Part shown: positions 1 through 12,431 of the stretch, piece after piece
Numbering within the stretch: the first letter of the stretch is position 1
Layout of the letters: each line of letters starts with the position of its first letter
Translations under genes and position numbers: made by a program
Assembly (NCBI GenBank): GCA_951406725.2
Contig: OX597817.1
Location: forward strand, 162,068,001 to 162,132,000
DNA from: Octopus vulgaris
Taxonomy: Eukaryota
DNA length: 64,000 nucleotides
Direction: 5' to 3'
Notes under the pieces: model-generated
Database searches by the model: none
Seen by the model: only the letters and a program-made list of their open reading frames with translations
What the model was told of the DNA's origin: nothing

Positions 1-331
1 ATTCTCCTGAATGATTTAAAGGGTAATTTTTAGGCCAGCTTTCGTCGGTCTTTCCCCATCTGAAGCGATTCATGTGGACACAAACTAGGAACACTAGGTC
101 GCACAAATCCGCCAGAAATAGATGCCATTCAGCAGTGGCGTAGCTAGAGTGTGTGCCACCCAGGGCAACTTTTAAGTTTGCAGTCCCAAATCCCTCACCC
201 CTGTACAGGTTTATAAAGCAGATCCAAAAGTGCAGTTACCATAAAAACGTCACCCGAGGTGGACCTCTACCATAGACCTTCCTTAATTGTCTGCTACCAT
301 TCAATTGCAGTTGATAGCGAATAAATACCTT

Positions 332-560
332 TTTCTTTATTACCCACAAGGGGCTAAACATAGAGGGGACAAACAAGGACAGACATAGGTATTAAGTCGA
401 TTACATCGACCCCAGTGCGTAACTGGTACATAATTTATCGACCCCGAAAGGATGAAAGGCAAAGTCGACCTCGGCGGAATTTGAACTCGGAACGTAACGA
501 CAGACGAAATACCGCTAAGCACTTCGCCCGGCGTGCTGACGTTTCTGCCAGCTCGTCGCC
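332..560 (-). mobile_element. tRNA-derived SINE, family A
   Basis: Reverse complement of GGCGAGCTGGCAGAAACGTTAGC...GAGTTCAAATTCC (A/B-box-like head) plus a body shared with many copies in the window; 17-bp TSD TAGCGAATAAATACCTT at 315-331 and 561-577. Confidence 0.9.
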
Positions 561-902
561 TAGCGAATAAATACCTTGTGTCACTGTTGTACAGGGTTAT
601 GACTACACACACCAGTTATATCCCTGCCTACAGTCATTGCCAGGCGCAACATCGCTAACAGACCTCAACTACTAAAATCTAGCTATTGTTCACTGATCAC
701 AGGGTTTCGAAGTAGTAACCTGCACAAGGGGAATTTTAAAATGCCCCAGTGAGTGTGTCATCATGATGAAGTCATTCTCGATGATGAGGGTAGATCCAGG
801 ACAACCGGTCACAGGAGGTTTGTCGGGTCCTTTGTTACTTGCCCCAACGGTACACTGCCAGCGCATTGCTTTTCAGTGGCAGACTTTGTTTCAATAAACT
901 TA

Positions 903-1287
903 AGGAAGCACTCCGTCGGTTACGACGACGAGGGTTCCGGTTGATCCGTATCAACGGAACAGCCTGCTCGTGAAATTAACGTGTAAGTGGCTGAGCACTC
1001 CACAGACACGTGTACCCTTAACGTAGTTCTCGGGGATTTTCAGCGTGACACAGAGAGTGACAAGGCCGGTCCTTTGAAATACAGGTACAACAGAAACAGG
1101 AAGTAAGAGTGAGTGAAAGTTGTGGTGAAAGAGTACAGCAGGGATCACCACCATCCCCTGCCGGAGCCTGGTGGAGCTTTAGGTGTTTTCGCTCAATAAA
1201 CACTCACAGCGCCCGGTCTGGGAATCGAAACCACGATCCTATGACCGCGAGTCCGCTGCCCTAACCACTGGGCCATTGCGCCTCCAC
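903..1287 (-). mobile_element. tRNA(Arg-like)-derived SINE, family C, full length
   Basis: Head GTGGAGGCGCAATGGCCCAGTGGTTAGGGCAGCGGACTCG...GGTTTCGATTCC on minus; 13-bp TSD TTCAATAAACTTA at 890-902 and 1288-1300. Confidence 0.92.
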
Positions 1288-1488
1288 TTCAATAAACTTA
1301 CCACGTGGTGACAATGTTATATCGCCTATAGAGTGGGACAAGAGTTAACAAGCATCAGGGCATATTCACACTTTAGTAGGCTTGCATTCTGGACTCCAGT
1401 ACAGTTCCTGTACTCTTGTCTAAAACCATAAAGTACTCAGTTTCCGAATATGGCCAAAGAGAGGCAGTAGCAGAGTGCTCTGTATTGA

Positions 1489-1712
1489 CAGTGATGCCTG
1501 AAGCAGTGAGTGGGTCTTGGAAGAACAGGAGCAGAGTGGAAATGATCTTCACAGCTAGGAAACTCCAGGAAAATTACCGGAAACAATATCAGCAAGCGGT
1601 TACAGCCTTTGTCGGCTTCTCCAAAGCATTCGACATCCTGAAAAGAGAGTTCTTACGGGATGTCATCCTCAGATTTAGCTGTCCCAGTAAATTTGCTAAT
1701 ATCCTTTGCTAA
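1489..1712 (+). pseudogene. Decayed RTE-clade LINE reverse transcriptase fragment
   Basis: VMPEAVSGSWKNRSRVEMIFTARKLQENYRKQ...AFVGFSKAFD...ILRFSCPSKF follows the non-LTR RT pattern PESQCGFR..RST.DMIF.ARQLQEK.REQ....AF.D..KAFD......FGCP.KF. Confidence 0.8.
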
Positions 1713-1719
1713 ATCCATC

Positions 1720-1842
1720 ATGTATGTATGTATACACACACACAACCACACAAACACACGCGCGTATATATATGTATATATATATACACACACGCACACA
1801 CACATATGTATATATGCATACACATGCATATATGTATGTATG

Positions 1843-1931
<89 letters not shown>
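1720..1931. repeat. (CA)/(TA)n microsatellite
   Basis: Seen directly; source of the YIYIY ORFs. Confidence 0.95.
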
Positions 1932-1934
<3 letters not shown>

Positions 1935-2247
1935 AAGGTAAGCATAAATGCGAAACAAAGTGGGGAAAAGTAGTACTCGAATATCGGGGGTAGAGTAATA
2001 AATTAAGGCTACAAAAACATTACAAAAATGTCACTGAAAACTGCTACTCAGAGTTTCACCTTCGCGTTCGTCAGACAGTTTAGATTGAGAGTAGAACAAA
2101 CTAAAGTTTGTATGGTTTTTTTATACATACAAACTTTATTTTGTTCCATTCTCAATCTAAACTGTCCAACGAACTGGAACGTGAAACTCTGAGTAGCAGT
2201 TTTTTGCGATATTTTTGTGATGTTTTTGCAGCTTTATTAATAATAAA

Positions 2248-2248
<1 letters not shown>
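1932..2248. mobile_element. TA-flanked fold-back relic (Penelope-like) with two opposed hammerhead motifs
   Basis: Imperfect inverted arms ~2000-2113 and ~2122-2240, each containing GAAACTCTGAGTAGCAG; (TA)n on both sides. Confidence 0.7.
2038..2081 (-). ncRNA. Type I minimal hammerhead ribozyme motif
   Basis: Minus: AAACTGT-CTGACGA-ACGCGAAGGT-GAAA-CTCTGAG-TA-GCAGTTT; 7-bp stem I with one G-U, GUA cleavage triplet, weak stem II. Confidence 0.75.
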
Positions 2249-2280
<32 letters not shown>

Positions 2281-2284
<4 letters not shown>

Positions 2285-2412
2285 TCAGCCGAAATTACTA
2301 CGATGATCCGGTTCTTGACTGAAGACTGAGGGTTTCGAATGTCCTGTCCGTGTTTATTGTATCGTTTTCTTGAGTTATACGTTCTTGTCCATGTTGTAAT
2401 TTTCTACATACC

Positions 2413-2417
<5 letters not shown>
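2281..2417 (+). mobile_element. TA-flanked repeat, 'GAAA...CTGANGA' family
   Basis: Colinear with 5810-5915 (+) and ~40960-41080 (-): CAGCCGAAATT..GATRATC..CTYGACTGARGA..GAATGWCCYGTCC. Confidence 0.55.
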
Positions 2418-2470
<53 letters not shown>

Positions 2471-2477
2471 GCAATAA

Positions 2478-2715
2478 ATGCGCCCTTTTAAAGCCTAGCC
2501 AGGCTCGTGGGCCCGGTTTCTATGGCGTGTGTGTTCTCCAGCTGGACGGAACGCCAACCCATCACAGCGTTACTCATTTTTGCCAGCTGAGTGGATTTGA
2601 GAAACGTGAGATGAAGTGTTTTGCTCAAGAACTCAACGCGTCGCCCGGTCCAGGAATCGAAACCACAATCTTACAATCATGATGCTGACACCCTAACCAC
2701 TAAGCCACGCGCCTC

Positions 2716-2716
<1 letters not shown>
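2478..2716 (-). mobile_element. SINE family D with tail type T2
   Basis: Head GGAGGCGCGTGGCTTAGTGGTTAGGG...TTCGATTCC, CORE-like TTGAGCAAAACACTT, tail GAGCCTGGCTAGGCTT. Confidence 0.8.
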
Positions 2717-2747
<31 letters not shown>

Positions 2748-2888
2748 TGTGTATGTACATATTAAGCATATATATATATGTATATATATATATGTATGTA
2801 TGTGTGTATATGTATATGCAAATTATATACATACACGTATACATATGTGTATGTATTTGTGTACAATATACATGCGCATATGTGTGTA

Positions 2889-3120
2889 TGGAGGCACATG
2901 ACTTAGTAGTTAGGAGTTGGACTCATGATCGTTAGAGTGTGATTTCGATTCCTAGACCCTGTGACATATGTTCTTGAGCAAAACATTTCCTTTCACGTTG
3001 CTCCAGTCCACTCAGCTGGCAAAAATGAGTAATTCTGCGACGAACCAGCATCCCGTCCAGGTGGGGAATATATAGGTCATGAAACCGGGAAACCGGCCCT
3101 TGTGAGTGACATGGGAAGGA
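2889..3120 (+). mobile_element. SINE family D, diverged
   Basis: GGAGGCACATGACTTAGTAGTTAGG...TTGAGCAAAACATTT...CCACTCAGCTGGCAAAAATGAGT. Confidence 0.75.
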
Positions 3121-3224
3121 TTTTTATTCAATATATATAAGTATATGTTATCCTCAGAATGCATGCATGGTTCTTTTCTTTTTTTTTTTTTTGAGCTTTA
3201 GGAGATATATGTACGGTTAGACAT

Positions 3225-3760
<536 letters not shown>

Positions 3761-4024
3761 ACTCGAATGTGCGTTCGTGTATCTATGTTATCTAACTAGC
3801 TCTAATTATCTCAAAATTTTACCACTTTCAACGATTTCAAATTCTCAGTGGTTCACTTTAGTTCACGTACCTCAGTCTACCCAACTAAATTTACCCGCTT
3901 TAATTCAACTACTTCAAAACACCCGCTTTTATCTTCCTACTATAAAGATCCCCTACACACACACTGCAATTTCACTCACTTCAGGTTATCACTTCAATTA
4001 ACTCACCTTTATTTAAACACCTAT

Positions 4025-4064
<40 letters not shown>

Positions 4065-4359
4065 TAATTTACTTACCATATTAATGCAGATCTTGAATAA
4101 TAAGTGATACTGGTTCTAAACAGAAGCACCATGTTAAATTAATGTGGATTACATGTGGCTTGAAACGTCTCGCTGGCAGCCATACAAGAACGTACGAAAC
4201 AAGGGCTTACGAAAATGTTGGAAATAAACACACGTTTAGGACAAACTTATGAAAGTACAAAGGACAAGCACATGGTTAAATTACTGTGGATCACCACAAA
4301 GGTTTGAAACTCTGCGGATGGCGAGACAGAATTCACATAACCCTGGTAAATGGGAACAC

Positions 4360-4589
4360 GGTGTCGAGCTGGCAGAATCGTTAGCACGCCGGGCGAAATG
4401 CTTAGCGGTATTTCGTCTGCGTTACGTTGTGAGTTCAAATTCCGCCGAGGTCGACTTTGCCTTTCATCCTTTCGGGGTCGATAAATTAAGTACCAGTTAC
4501 GCACTGGGGTCGATGTAATCGACTTAATACCTATGTCTGTCCTTGTTTGTCCCCTCTGTGTTTAGCCCCTTGTGGGTAGTAAAGAAATA
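4360..4589 (+). mobile_element. SINE family A
   Basis: Near-identical to the 332-560 copy. Confidence 0.9.
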
Positions 4590-4656
4590 GTTGTCGATAG
4601 TATGACTGAGATAAAACCACCATGACGGTGCTGCGATCGGAACAACAGCAACGGGT

Positions 4657-4850
4657 GTGGAGGTGCAATGGCCCAGTGGTTAGGGCAGCGGACTCGCAGT
4701 CGTAAGAACGCGGTTTCGATTCCCACACCGGGCATTCTGAGTGTTTATTGAGCAAAAACAGCCAAGTTCCACGAGGCTCCGACGGGGGTGTGGGTGTGAA
4801 CCCTGCTGTACTCTTTCACCACAACTTTCTCTCACTCTTTCTTCCTACTT
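4657..4850 (+). mobile_element. SINE family C, 3'-truncated
   Basis: Family C head and body up to CTCTTTCTTCCT. Confidence 0.8.
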
Positions 4851-5140
4851 CTGCCACAAAGCAGAGGAACCATGATGTAACCCACTATGGTGTGGTAAAC
4901 TTTCAGACTCTAGTCAAGATTGCGATTCCTCTGTACCCCAGAATGGTTCAGCTCTCCACCCGTTAAAAGCCACCGTTTACAGAATGAGGATAACAACTTA
5001 GCTTTCGCGCCCGTGTAGCCGCCAGTCTATCGCGTGTGGATCTTCAAGTTGCCGCACGCATTTTTAGTAGCTTAGTGTAGGCTCGAATTAGAGATTGTTC
5101 TTTGTGGCTAATAGCGTGAGTCCTGATTGGAAAAAGAAAA

Positions 5141-5237
5141 AAGAAGAAGAAGAAGAAGAAGAAGAAGAAGAAGAAGAAGAAGAAGAAGAAGAAGAAGAAG
5201 AAGAAGAAGAAGAAGAAGAAGAAGAAGAAGAAGAAGA
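5141..5237. repeat. (GAA)n microsatellite
   Basis: About 32 GAA units. Confidence 0.97.
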
Positions 5238-6544
5238 CGGCAACGGGTGATCTTCACCAGGGCACAGCAATTAGGACCACCATATCCAAGGAAACTTGAA
5301 CAGAATAAAAGCAACTGGATTTTCGTGGCCAGGGCAATGACCGAATTTTGATAACCATTTATGAATCACTTTTAATGTAAATATACTTTAGTAAAATTTA
5401 CTGCGGTTTTCGTCCGAAGATAATATCTCCCAGGGACGCAATGAGTTTAAAATCATATACATCGGACGGAGACGGAACTTGTCCTCGTAGCGGCGAATGA
5501 GAACGTTAAATGCATTTCTGCCTTGTTGCATGTTGTCAATAACGTGTACTCATCGCAGCTATATACCGAAAACTGTGAAAAGTAATCACTGGTATTGCAA
5601 TAAGATGCCCGGCTGAATAAAAATTCATTATATGCAACAGAAGCAGTACTAGATTAAAATAGCCATCTATGTATCTTATTTAATGCAAATACATCGTGAT
5701 GGCATAGCTAGAGGACCATATGACCAGTCGTACATCGCCATACTATATGGTCAATCGTTGTACCACATGATTAAGCAAACTCAAAAATGCCACCCTTGGG
5801 GCTGGCCAGATTGGAGCAATCTCAAGTATAACCAGCCAAAATTGCAAAGATAATTTGGAACTCGACTGAGGAAAGAAAACTCCGAATGACCCGTCCTTGT
5901 TTTCTTTGTATCGTCAGAAAAGAGTCATTTGGGGCTGATCACCTCATCGACACCCCACCACTCTAGTTATGCTTCTTGGTCCCTTGTTTCTTATTCAATC
6001 TATAATAGGTTTTCTCTTCTCTGGGTTCATTTTCCTTCAGTAGCTCACCCTGGTGGTGAGTCACTACTAAAAGATCGTTTCTGGATTCTACCAATGATAC
6101 AATATTAACAGTGACATTCAGGTCGACCAATCGGCTTTAATCTTTTCACTAGATGCCATATCCATTGCTGTCGTCTGTCCCTTTTCATGATGAAATTCGT
6201 GTTTAGCAGAAAGGAGAATGGCGTCTGCAAATTAAAATAAACTCGATGTAAATTAATATAATCTCGAAATGAATTAAAATGGTTAAGAAGCAAATTAAAA
6301 TAATTTCTAGACAAATTAAAATAATCTGTTTGTAAATTAAATTTGTCCTAATTAAATAATGACATCAAACCATATTACGATGCCTTTTTCTAAGGAGTAA
6401 ATAAATTACAGCTTTAATTTTGACTGATGCAAGGAGAGTTGGATTAACCATTGAGCAAAATAAGTACGTGTTTAGGGTATTAAAGGAGGGAGGACCACAA
6501 AAATAGTGAATGGTTTACGGTACAAAAGATATCACTTTAAACTT

Positions 6545-7243
6545 GCTAAAATAAGCATTATTGAGTGTGCCTTTCCAAATGTAGACATTGACTTTCGTAT
6601 ATTTTTAACATTATATTTCTTTACTACCCACAAGGGACTAAACACAGAGGGGACAAACAAGGACAGACAAATGGATTAAGTCGATTACAACGACCCCAGT
6701 GCGTAACTGGTACTTAATTTATCGACCCCCGAAAGGATGAAAGGCAAAGTCGACCTCGGCGGAATTTGAACTCGGAACGTAACGACAGACGAAATACGGC
6801 TACGCATTTCGCCCGGCGTGCTAACGATTCTGCCAGCTCGCCGCCTTTCAAAAATATTTTTATCATTAATGGTTAAAAATTGCTCAGCTGAGCGTTCATT
6901 TTCTCAGTTGAAATATATTAAAAATTCCATCAGAACAACTATGCAACAAGACAAGTTGGATTCCTTATCTCTACAAAGTATAGAAGCAGATGTGTTCTGT
7001 AAGATTAATTTTGAAGATCTGATCAAAGACGGCAATTTAAGAAAGTAGGAGAAAATTTTTCATATATAAAGTGGAAGTATACAAAATAAACATTATTTTT
7101 TCATTTCATTGTTAGTTTCGTTTCATTTTGAAACCACAAAATTTATTTTATGGTTTACTATTGTTCATATTTTGAATTACATATACATGGGGTACCAAAA
7201 TCTTTTAAATGCTTAGGGCCTTTATGGGTCTTAATCCGGCCCT
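6545..7243 (+). mobile_element. hAT transposon 3' relic (C-terminal dimerisation domain and 3' terminus)
   Basis: IIECAFPNVDIDFRIFLTL/MVKNCSAERSFSQLKYIKNSIRTTMQQDKLDSLSLQSIE matches the hAT motif FPN...L.I.LT....SAERSFS.LK.IK..LR.TM.Q.RL..L..L.IE; ends TTAATCCGGCCCTA, resembling CAGGGCCGGATT hAT termini. Confidence 0.8.
6614..6846 (-). mobile_element. SINE family A inserted in the hAT relic
   Basis: Family A sequence; 15-bp TSD ATATTTTTA(A/T)CATTA at 6599-6613 and 6854-6868. Confidence 0.9.
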
Positions 7244-7287
7244 AACAACAAGTATCAATATTTAAACAAGTATCAAAGCATCTTTAA

Positions 7288-8311
7288 CCTTTAACCGGTG
7301 AGAAAAGGTTGCATGATTGTGTGCCAAACGAACAAAAAGCAGAAAATTCTTTCCTTTTTTTTTTTAACTTGGGAGCAATGTTTATACTCATTTTCACTTT
7401 AAATAAGTACAAAAACTATGAAAACAATATTTTTACTTTCTTAAATCTCTCTAAATATAAAGCTGAAGTTGTCTGTGTGTGTGGCAGGTTTGGTAGCCTT
7501 CAACTAACACTATCTCCTCCGAGACCCTGCGGCGCAAGTTGACCAAAATTGAGAGTATGATAGAAGAAGTCTTGCTCTTCCTTCCGTAGAAGAAAAAATT
7601 CAAATCAGACCATGTTAACACCAAAAATTATTTACATCAAAAAGGTGCTTTTTTTTTCTATGAAAATCCCTATTTTTTACGATTTTTTTACTTCTGTGTC
7701 GCCATTTTTCGGTGTATTTCAACCAGAAAAATGTTCACTTAAAGAGAATAACAAACTACATAATGCAAATTTTTTTCTTTTCAAAAATTCCAATTCTAAA
7801 GGGTCGAAAAGAAAACAAGCCCGAGCAACGCTGGACTATACTGCTAGTAACAAAAATAAAGACAAAAGGGCAATAAAATAATTTGAGCATAAATTCGTTT
7901 GAGATTTCCGTATTGTAAAACGAATGTACAAATGGAGAAAAGTCTGTGCGCTCTTACCATTCTGACCTAGCTGGAGCATCGCTTTTTTCTGTGCTACCAA
8001 GAGCATCATCATCACTTGCCTCATCTGAAGATGAAGGAAACCTGGAAAAGACATCATCGGTGTAAGAACATTCCATTTGCCACTTCATTTCTCCCATCGA
8101 TAAAGGCCGCTTACGTTTATGCGCATTTGACGAAGTAGAGACTCGAACAGCAATTGAGGATGGCCTTATCCATGTAAAATTTTTCAAACAATAATTGCTG
8201 ATATCCGCTGTTCTCTAATAAAACATCAATTGGTGACGTCTACTGTTCTCTAATGAGCAACAGACATCATCTCTAATGAAATATCAATTGTTGATGTCCG
8301 CCGTTTAAAGG
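7288..8311 (-). mobile_element. piggyBac-like non-autonomous element
   Basis: TTAA at 7284-7287 and 8312-8315; 13-bp TIR CCTTTAA(C/A)CGG(T/C)G; subterminal repeats at 8190-8300; acidic ORF relic (SSSDEASDDD) on minus. Confidence 0.65.
7446..7847 (+). mobile_element. Non-autonomous Helitron (Lep1-like termini)
   Basis: Between host A and T; 5' TCTCTCTAAATATAAAGCTGAAG followed by a GT-rich stretch; 3' GC-rich imperfect hairpin CCCGAGCAACGCTGG then CTAG; no TSD. Confidence 0.75.
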
Positions 8312-8556
8312 TTAATGAGTTTATGGGAATCATGTTTTCGAATTATTAAACGCAGTTATTCGAGTAACATTTACTATAAAAGTTATTATTACGAAATTAT
8401 TATTCCCCTCGGATGGCTTGCTCTAGTTTCCTGGAACAGAGGCGATTGGCACGTTCTATGCAAACGTTCTCAACGATCCTTCAGTATTAATTTATCTTTT
8501 AGTTGTTTCAGGCACTGAAGCGTGGCCATGCTAGAGCAACGCCTCGAAGAGTTTTA

Positions 8557-9252
8557 CGAGGGGTATATGAAAACTTTTGAGCCTAGCCTAGCAACGGGGC
8601 TGCTAGGTAGCTGAAACATTTTTTCCTGGTAAGTACAGTCTTTTTGGAGTATTCTTGCTCATTTTCATGATTCTGATTTTTGTTTTCTTTGCAGAATTTT
8701 GAATAAACAAGTGTCGAGGTTACATGGAAAATGGAGAAAACTGATATCGTACTATCATAAAGTACCTTCATTTGAAAGGCATGGCTCCATCAGAAATCCA
8801 TGAAGATATGGTGAGGACCTTAACAAACAATGCTCCTTCATATGCAACAGTCAAACGCTGGGTAAATAAATTCCAGCGTGGCAGGGGGAGTTTGGAAGAT
8901 GATCCAACACCAGGAAGGCCTCCAACTGCAACCACCGAGGACAACATTGACCTTGCTCTTGGTATGATAATGCAAAATCGTCGAATACCATGTCGTCAGA
9001 TAGCCGAGAGAGTGGGCATCTCAACTGAAAGAGCAGACAACATTGTGACAAAATAACTTGGGTTCTCAAAGGTTTCTGCAAGGTGGGTCCCTTGCCTTTT
9101 GACTCCTGAACAGAAACGCACCAGGTGCTCTTTGTCCACGAGCAAACTGGAACTGTTTGAAGCCGATGAAGAGAATTTTCTTGCTCGTTTCATTACTATG
9201 GACGAAAGTTGGGTTCATCACTACCAGCCTGAAACCAAAGAACAATCAAAGC
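8557..9252 (+). mobile_element. mariner transposon, 5' half, transposase pseudogene
   Basis: TA+CGAGGGG terminus; ORF from 8731 with HTH, WVPCLLT (WVPxxL) and FITMDESWVHHYQPETKEQSK; frameshift and stop; truncated before the second catalytic D. Confidence 0.9.
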
Positions 9253-9514
9253 GTATTTATAAATGTGTGTACAAGCACACGTGTGAGTATGAAGACTATC
9301 TCAGCGTGCGTATGTGTATGCATGAGAGCGCGCATGTGTATGCGTATATGTCTCTGTGTGTTTATGAACAAGTATGTGCTTGTGGAGCGAAGTGTGAGTG
9401 TGTTCTCTGTATATTTATGCGCGTGTGTTTGTGCGTGTGTGTGGGACAGTCTAACGTATGTGTGTGTGTGTGTGTCCAGGCGCGTGTGTGTGTGTAGCTA
9501 ATGTGTATGAGTAT

Positions 9515-9800
9515 ACTGTGTTTTGTTCTCACTGTCCCGCTTTTGTTACCACTTTCACCCTCCGCAAAAAATCCCAAATTTTATTTAATTTGCTTTGCGG
9601 GAAGGACTGTTCTAATGAAGTCGCGTATTTCCTTACCTTCGAAATGCGGGAACAACTGATGAAGGGAATGATATCTATGTTGCATGTCTCGTTTCTCTTT
9701 TTTTTTTTCGTTGTTCGAAAAAACGTTCGTTTTCTATGTTTTTGTTTTTTTATGTTTTCGTTTCTCATTTTGTCTACGTTTATTTATGTCCTGTACCCAT
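9515..9800 (+). mobile_element. Microsatellite-flanked repeat related to 28050-28250(-)
   Basis: Shared colinear blocks CACTGTCC..TTTTGTT..ATCCCAAATTTTA..ACTGT..TGAAG..TCGAAATG..AACAACTGATGAAGGG. Confidence 0.55.
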
Positions 9801-10191
9801 ATATGCATGTATATATACATAGATATGTAGGTATGTACATATATGTATGTATATGTGCATATATTTATATATTATTTATATTATATATATAGAGAGAGAG
9901 AGAGAGACAGACAGATAGATAGACAAGCAGATAGATTGTTAGCTAAATATGTAGGCGCTCCCACGCATCTGTGTGTGTGTAAACGAAAATGAGGAGAATA
10001 CCCAATTGTATGAATTTAGGTAACAAAGATGAAAGAGGATATACTAAATGCCATACAAGAAAAATCCTTGATTTGTTGAAATTATCTACGGCTGGAGAAA
10101 GAAGATAATCAAACAGCTTGCGGTAACTGCAACCGACAACGAATGTGGAGAAGAGTTAATATCAAAGAATCAGCAATTCTCTGGGACTGGA

Positions 10192-10570
10192 TGGAAGCAC
10201 TCCGTCGGTTACGACGACGAGGGTTCCGGTTGATCCGAATCAACGGAACAGCCTGCTCGTGAAATTAACGTGTAAGTGGCTGAGCACTCCACAGACACGT
10301 GTACCCTTAACGTAGTTCTCGGGGATATTCAGCGTGACACAGAGAGCGACAAGGCCGGCCCTTTGAAATACAGGTACAACAGAAACAGGAAGTAAGAGTA
10401 AGTTGTGGTGAAAGAGTACAGCAGGGATCACCACCATCCCCTGCCAGAGCCTTGTGGAGCTTTTAGGTGTTTTCGCTCAATAAACACTCACAACGCCCGG
10501 TCTGGGAATCGAAACTGCTTCCTATGACCGCGAGTCCGCTGCCCTAACCACTGGGTCATTGCGCCTCCAC
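10192..10570 (-). mobile_element. SINE family C
   Basis: Full length; 11-bp TSD TCTCTGGGACT at 10178-10188 and 10572-10582. Confidence 0.92.
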
Positions 10571-10628
10571 ATCTCTGGGACTAAGATAACATTAACGAAA
10601 GACCATATTTCTTCTGGAAGCAAATGAC

Positions 10629-10683
10629 AGCTATAATCACGTGTTTCTGTCTCGATATCCTATCAGGCATCATCAGCACAGCC
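10629..10683 (-). ncRNA. Degenerate type I hammerhead motif
   Basis: GGCTGTG-CTGATGA-TGCCTGATAGGATATCGAGACA-GAAA-CACGTG-AT-TATAGCT; palindromic stem III, stems I and II pair, U16.1 missing. Confidence 0.6.
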
Positions 10684-10851
10684 TCGTGTATAAAAAGAAT
10701 AGAGAGCGTTTATAACCACGGGAAATTTGCATAATTCATATTATTTTTCCGTATAAAAGCTGCTTCAACAATTTCGACAGTCTCTGGGGAAAATCACTCT
10801 TTCTGAATTCCTTGATACTGTCGTGAAACAGAAGTAACTGCAGGCATGATA

Positions 10852-10852
10852 C

Positions 10853-10930
<78 letters not shown>

Positions 10931-10951
10931 GTCTGTCTGTCTATCTGTCTA

Positions 10952-10988
<37 letters not shown>

Positions 10989-11011
10989 TTTTCTTTCTTT
11001 CTTTCTTTCTT

Positions 11012-11070
<59 letters not shown>

Positions 11071-11083
11071 GTCTATCTATCTG

Positions 11084-11128
<45 letters not shown>

Positions 11129-11182
11129 GTACGCGCGGTCGCATGCACGCACACGCGTACACAGACACACACACACACACAC
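10852..11182. repeat. (TATC)/(TGTC)/(TTTC)/(TA)/(CA) microsatellites
   Basis: Seen directly. Confidence 0.95.
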
Positions 11183-11183
11183 T

Positions 11184-11598
11184 CAAAGTTCATTCCAAAA
11201 GCCCTGAGGCTTTTTCAGGAGAGACATTAATTAATTTCAAAGAAGTGCAAGACTCTAACCATCTTGAAAATAGGATCTTCTGTCTTCAATGCACTTCTTG
11301 TAGTGCTGCAGTCACTTCGTGAAGGATCCACAGATATCCTCCAAAATGAAGATATCTAGGACCCTTGTCGCAGCCTCCATCTTTTCATTGTCCTCAAAAC
11401 GACTGTGCCTGAAGTTCTCCATCAGCTTGGGGAACAATCAAACGTCACAGGAAGCAACGTCTGGACTGTAGGGAGGGTAAGGGGCAGTTCTGATGCCCAT
11501 CTCCGTCATGTCGTTGGTTACCAGGATGGAATTGTAACAGTGTTTAGTAGGGTACTTTTCCTAAAATAAAAGTCTAAAAACTTCTGGAATGTATCTCG
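11184..11598 (-). mobile_element. Old internally deleted mariner
   Basis: Minus: PYPPYSPDVASCDV*LFPKL...RFEDNE...[12 protein letters not shown] (YSPDLAP.D motif); degenerate TIRs around CATTCCA.AAG at both ends. Confidence 0.75.
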
Positions 11599-11645
11599 TG
11601 TTTGCGCGTGCGCGTGTGTTTGTGTGGGGGGGGGCGCGTAGACGC

Positions 11646-11783
11646 AGGAGTGGCTGCGTGGTAAGACGTTTGCTTCACAACCACATGCTTATGGGCTCAG
11701 CCCCACTGCGTGACACCTGTAATCACGGGCTGACCAAAGCCTTGCGAATGGATTTGATGGACGGAAACTGAAACAAGCCCGTC

Positions 11784-11834
<51 letters not shown>

Positions 11835-12045
11835 TGTATGTGTGTCTTTGTATCTGTGTTTGTTCATCCCTTACCGGTTGATAACCTGTGTTGGTATGTT
11901 TACGCCCCGTAACATAGAAGTTCGGCGAAAGTGACCGATAGAATAAGTACCAGGCTATTGAAAAATAAGTACTGGAATCAATTCGTTCGATTAAAATTCT
12001 TCAAGGAGGTGCTCCAGCATGGCCGCAGCCTGATCCCTGAAACAA

Positions 12046-12047
<2 letters not shown>
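11646..12047 (+). mobile_element. SINE family B (tRNA-like head, CORE-like block, internal TA/TG microsatellite)
   Basis: GGAGTGGCTGCGTGGTAAG...GGATTTGATGGACGGAAACTGAAA..(TA)n..GATAGAATAAGTAC..GCTCCAGCATGGCCGCAG. Confidence 0.85.
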
Positions 12048-12088
<41 letters not shown>

Positions 12089-12100
12089 CACACATAGATA

Positions 12101-12152
<52 letters not shown>

Positions 12153-12200
12153 ATATATATGTATATATGTATGTATATATGTATATATGTATGTACATAC

Positions 12201-12247
<47 letters not shown>

Positions 12248-12431
12248 TATACACACATACATATATACATTTATTTATGTGTGTGTATATGCGAAATATA
12301 AGTGTGTATATGTATGTGTAAGAAGAAATTTGAATGCTCGCTAGGAAATAAATGCTTGACCAAAAGCATTGTATATAGATATAATGTTAAAACTAATCTA
12401 TATACTTTCACTTATATATATATATATATAT

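Noticed and set aside
133-300. CAGTGGCGTAGCTAG hAT-like terminus; similar degenerate pair at ~5697-5980
   Set aside because: No convincing matching terminus or TSD.
5232-5300. RRQRVIFTRAQQL, resembling a homeodomain N-terminal arm
   Set aside because: The Arg run comes from the (GAA)n repeat; no helix 1-3 or WF.N.R follows.
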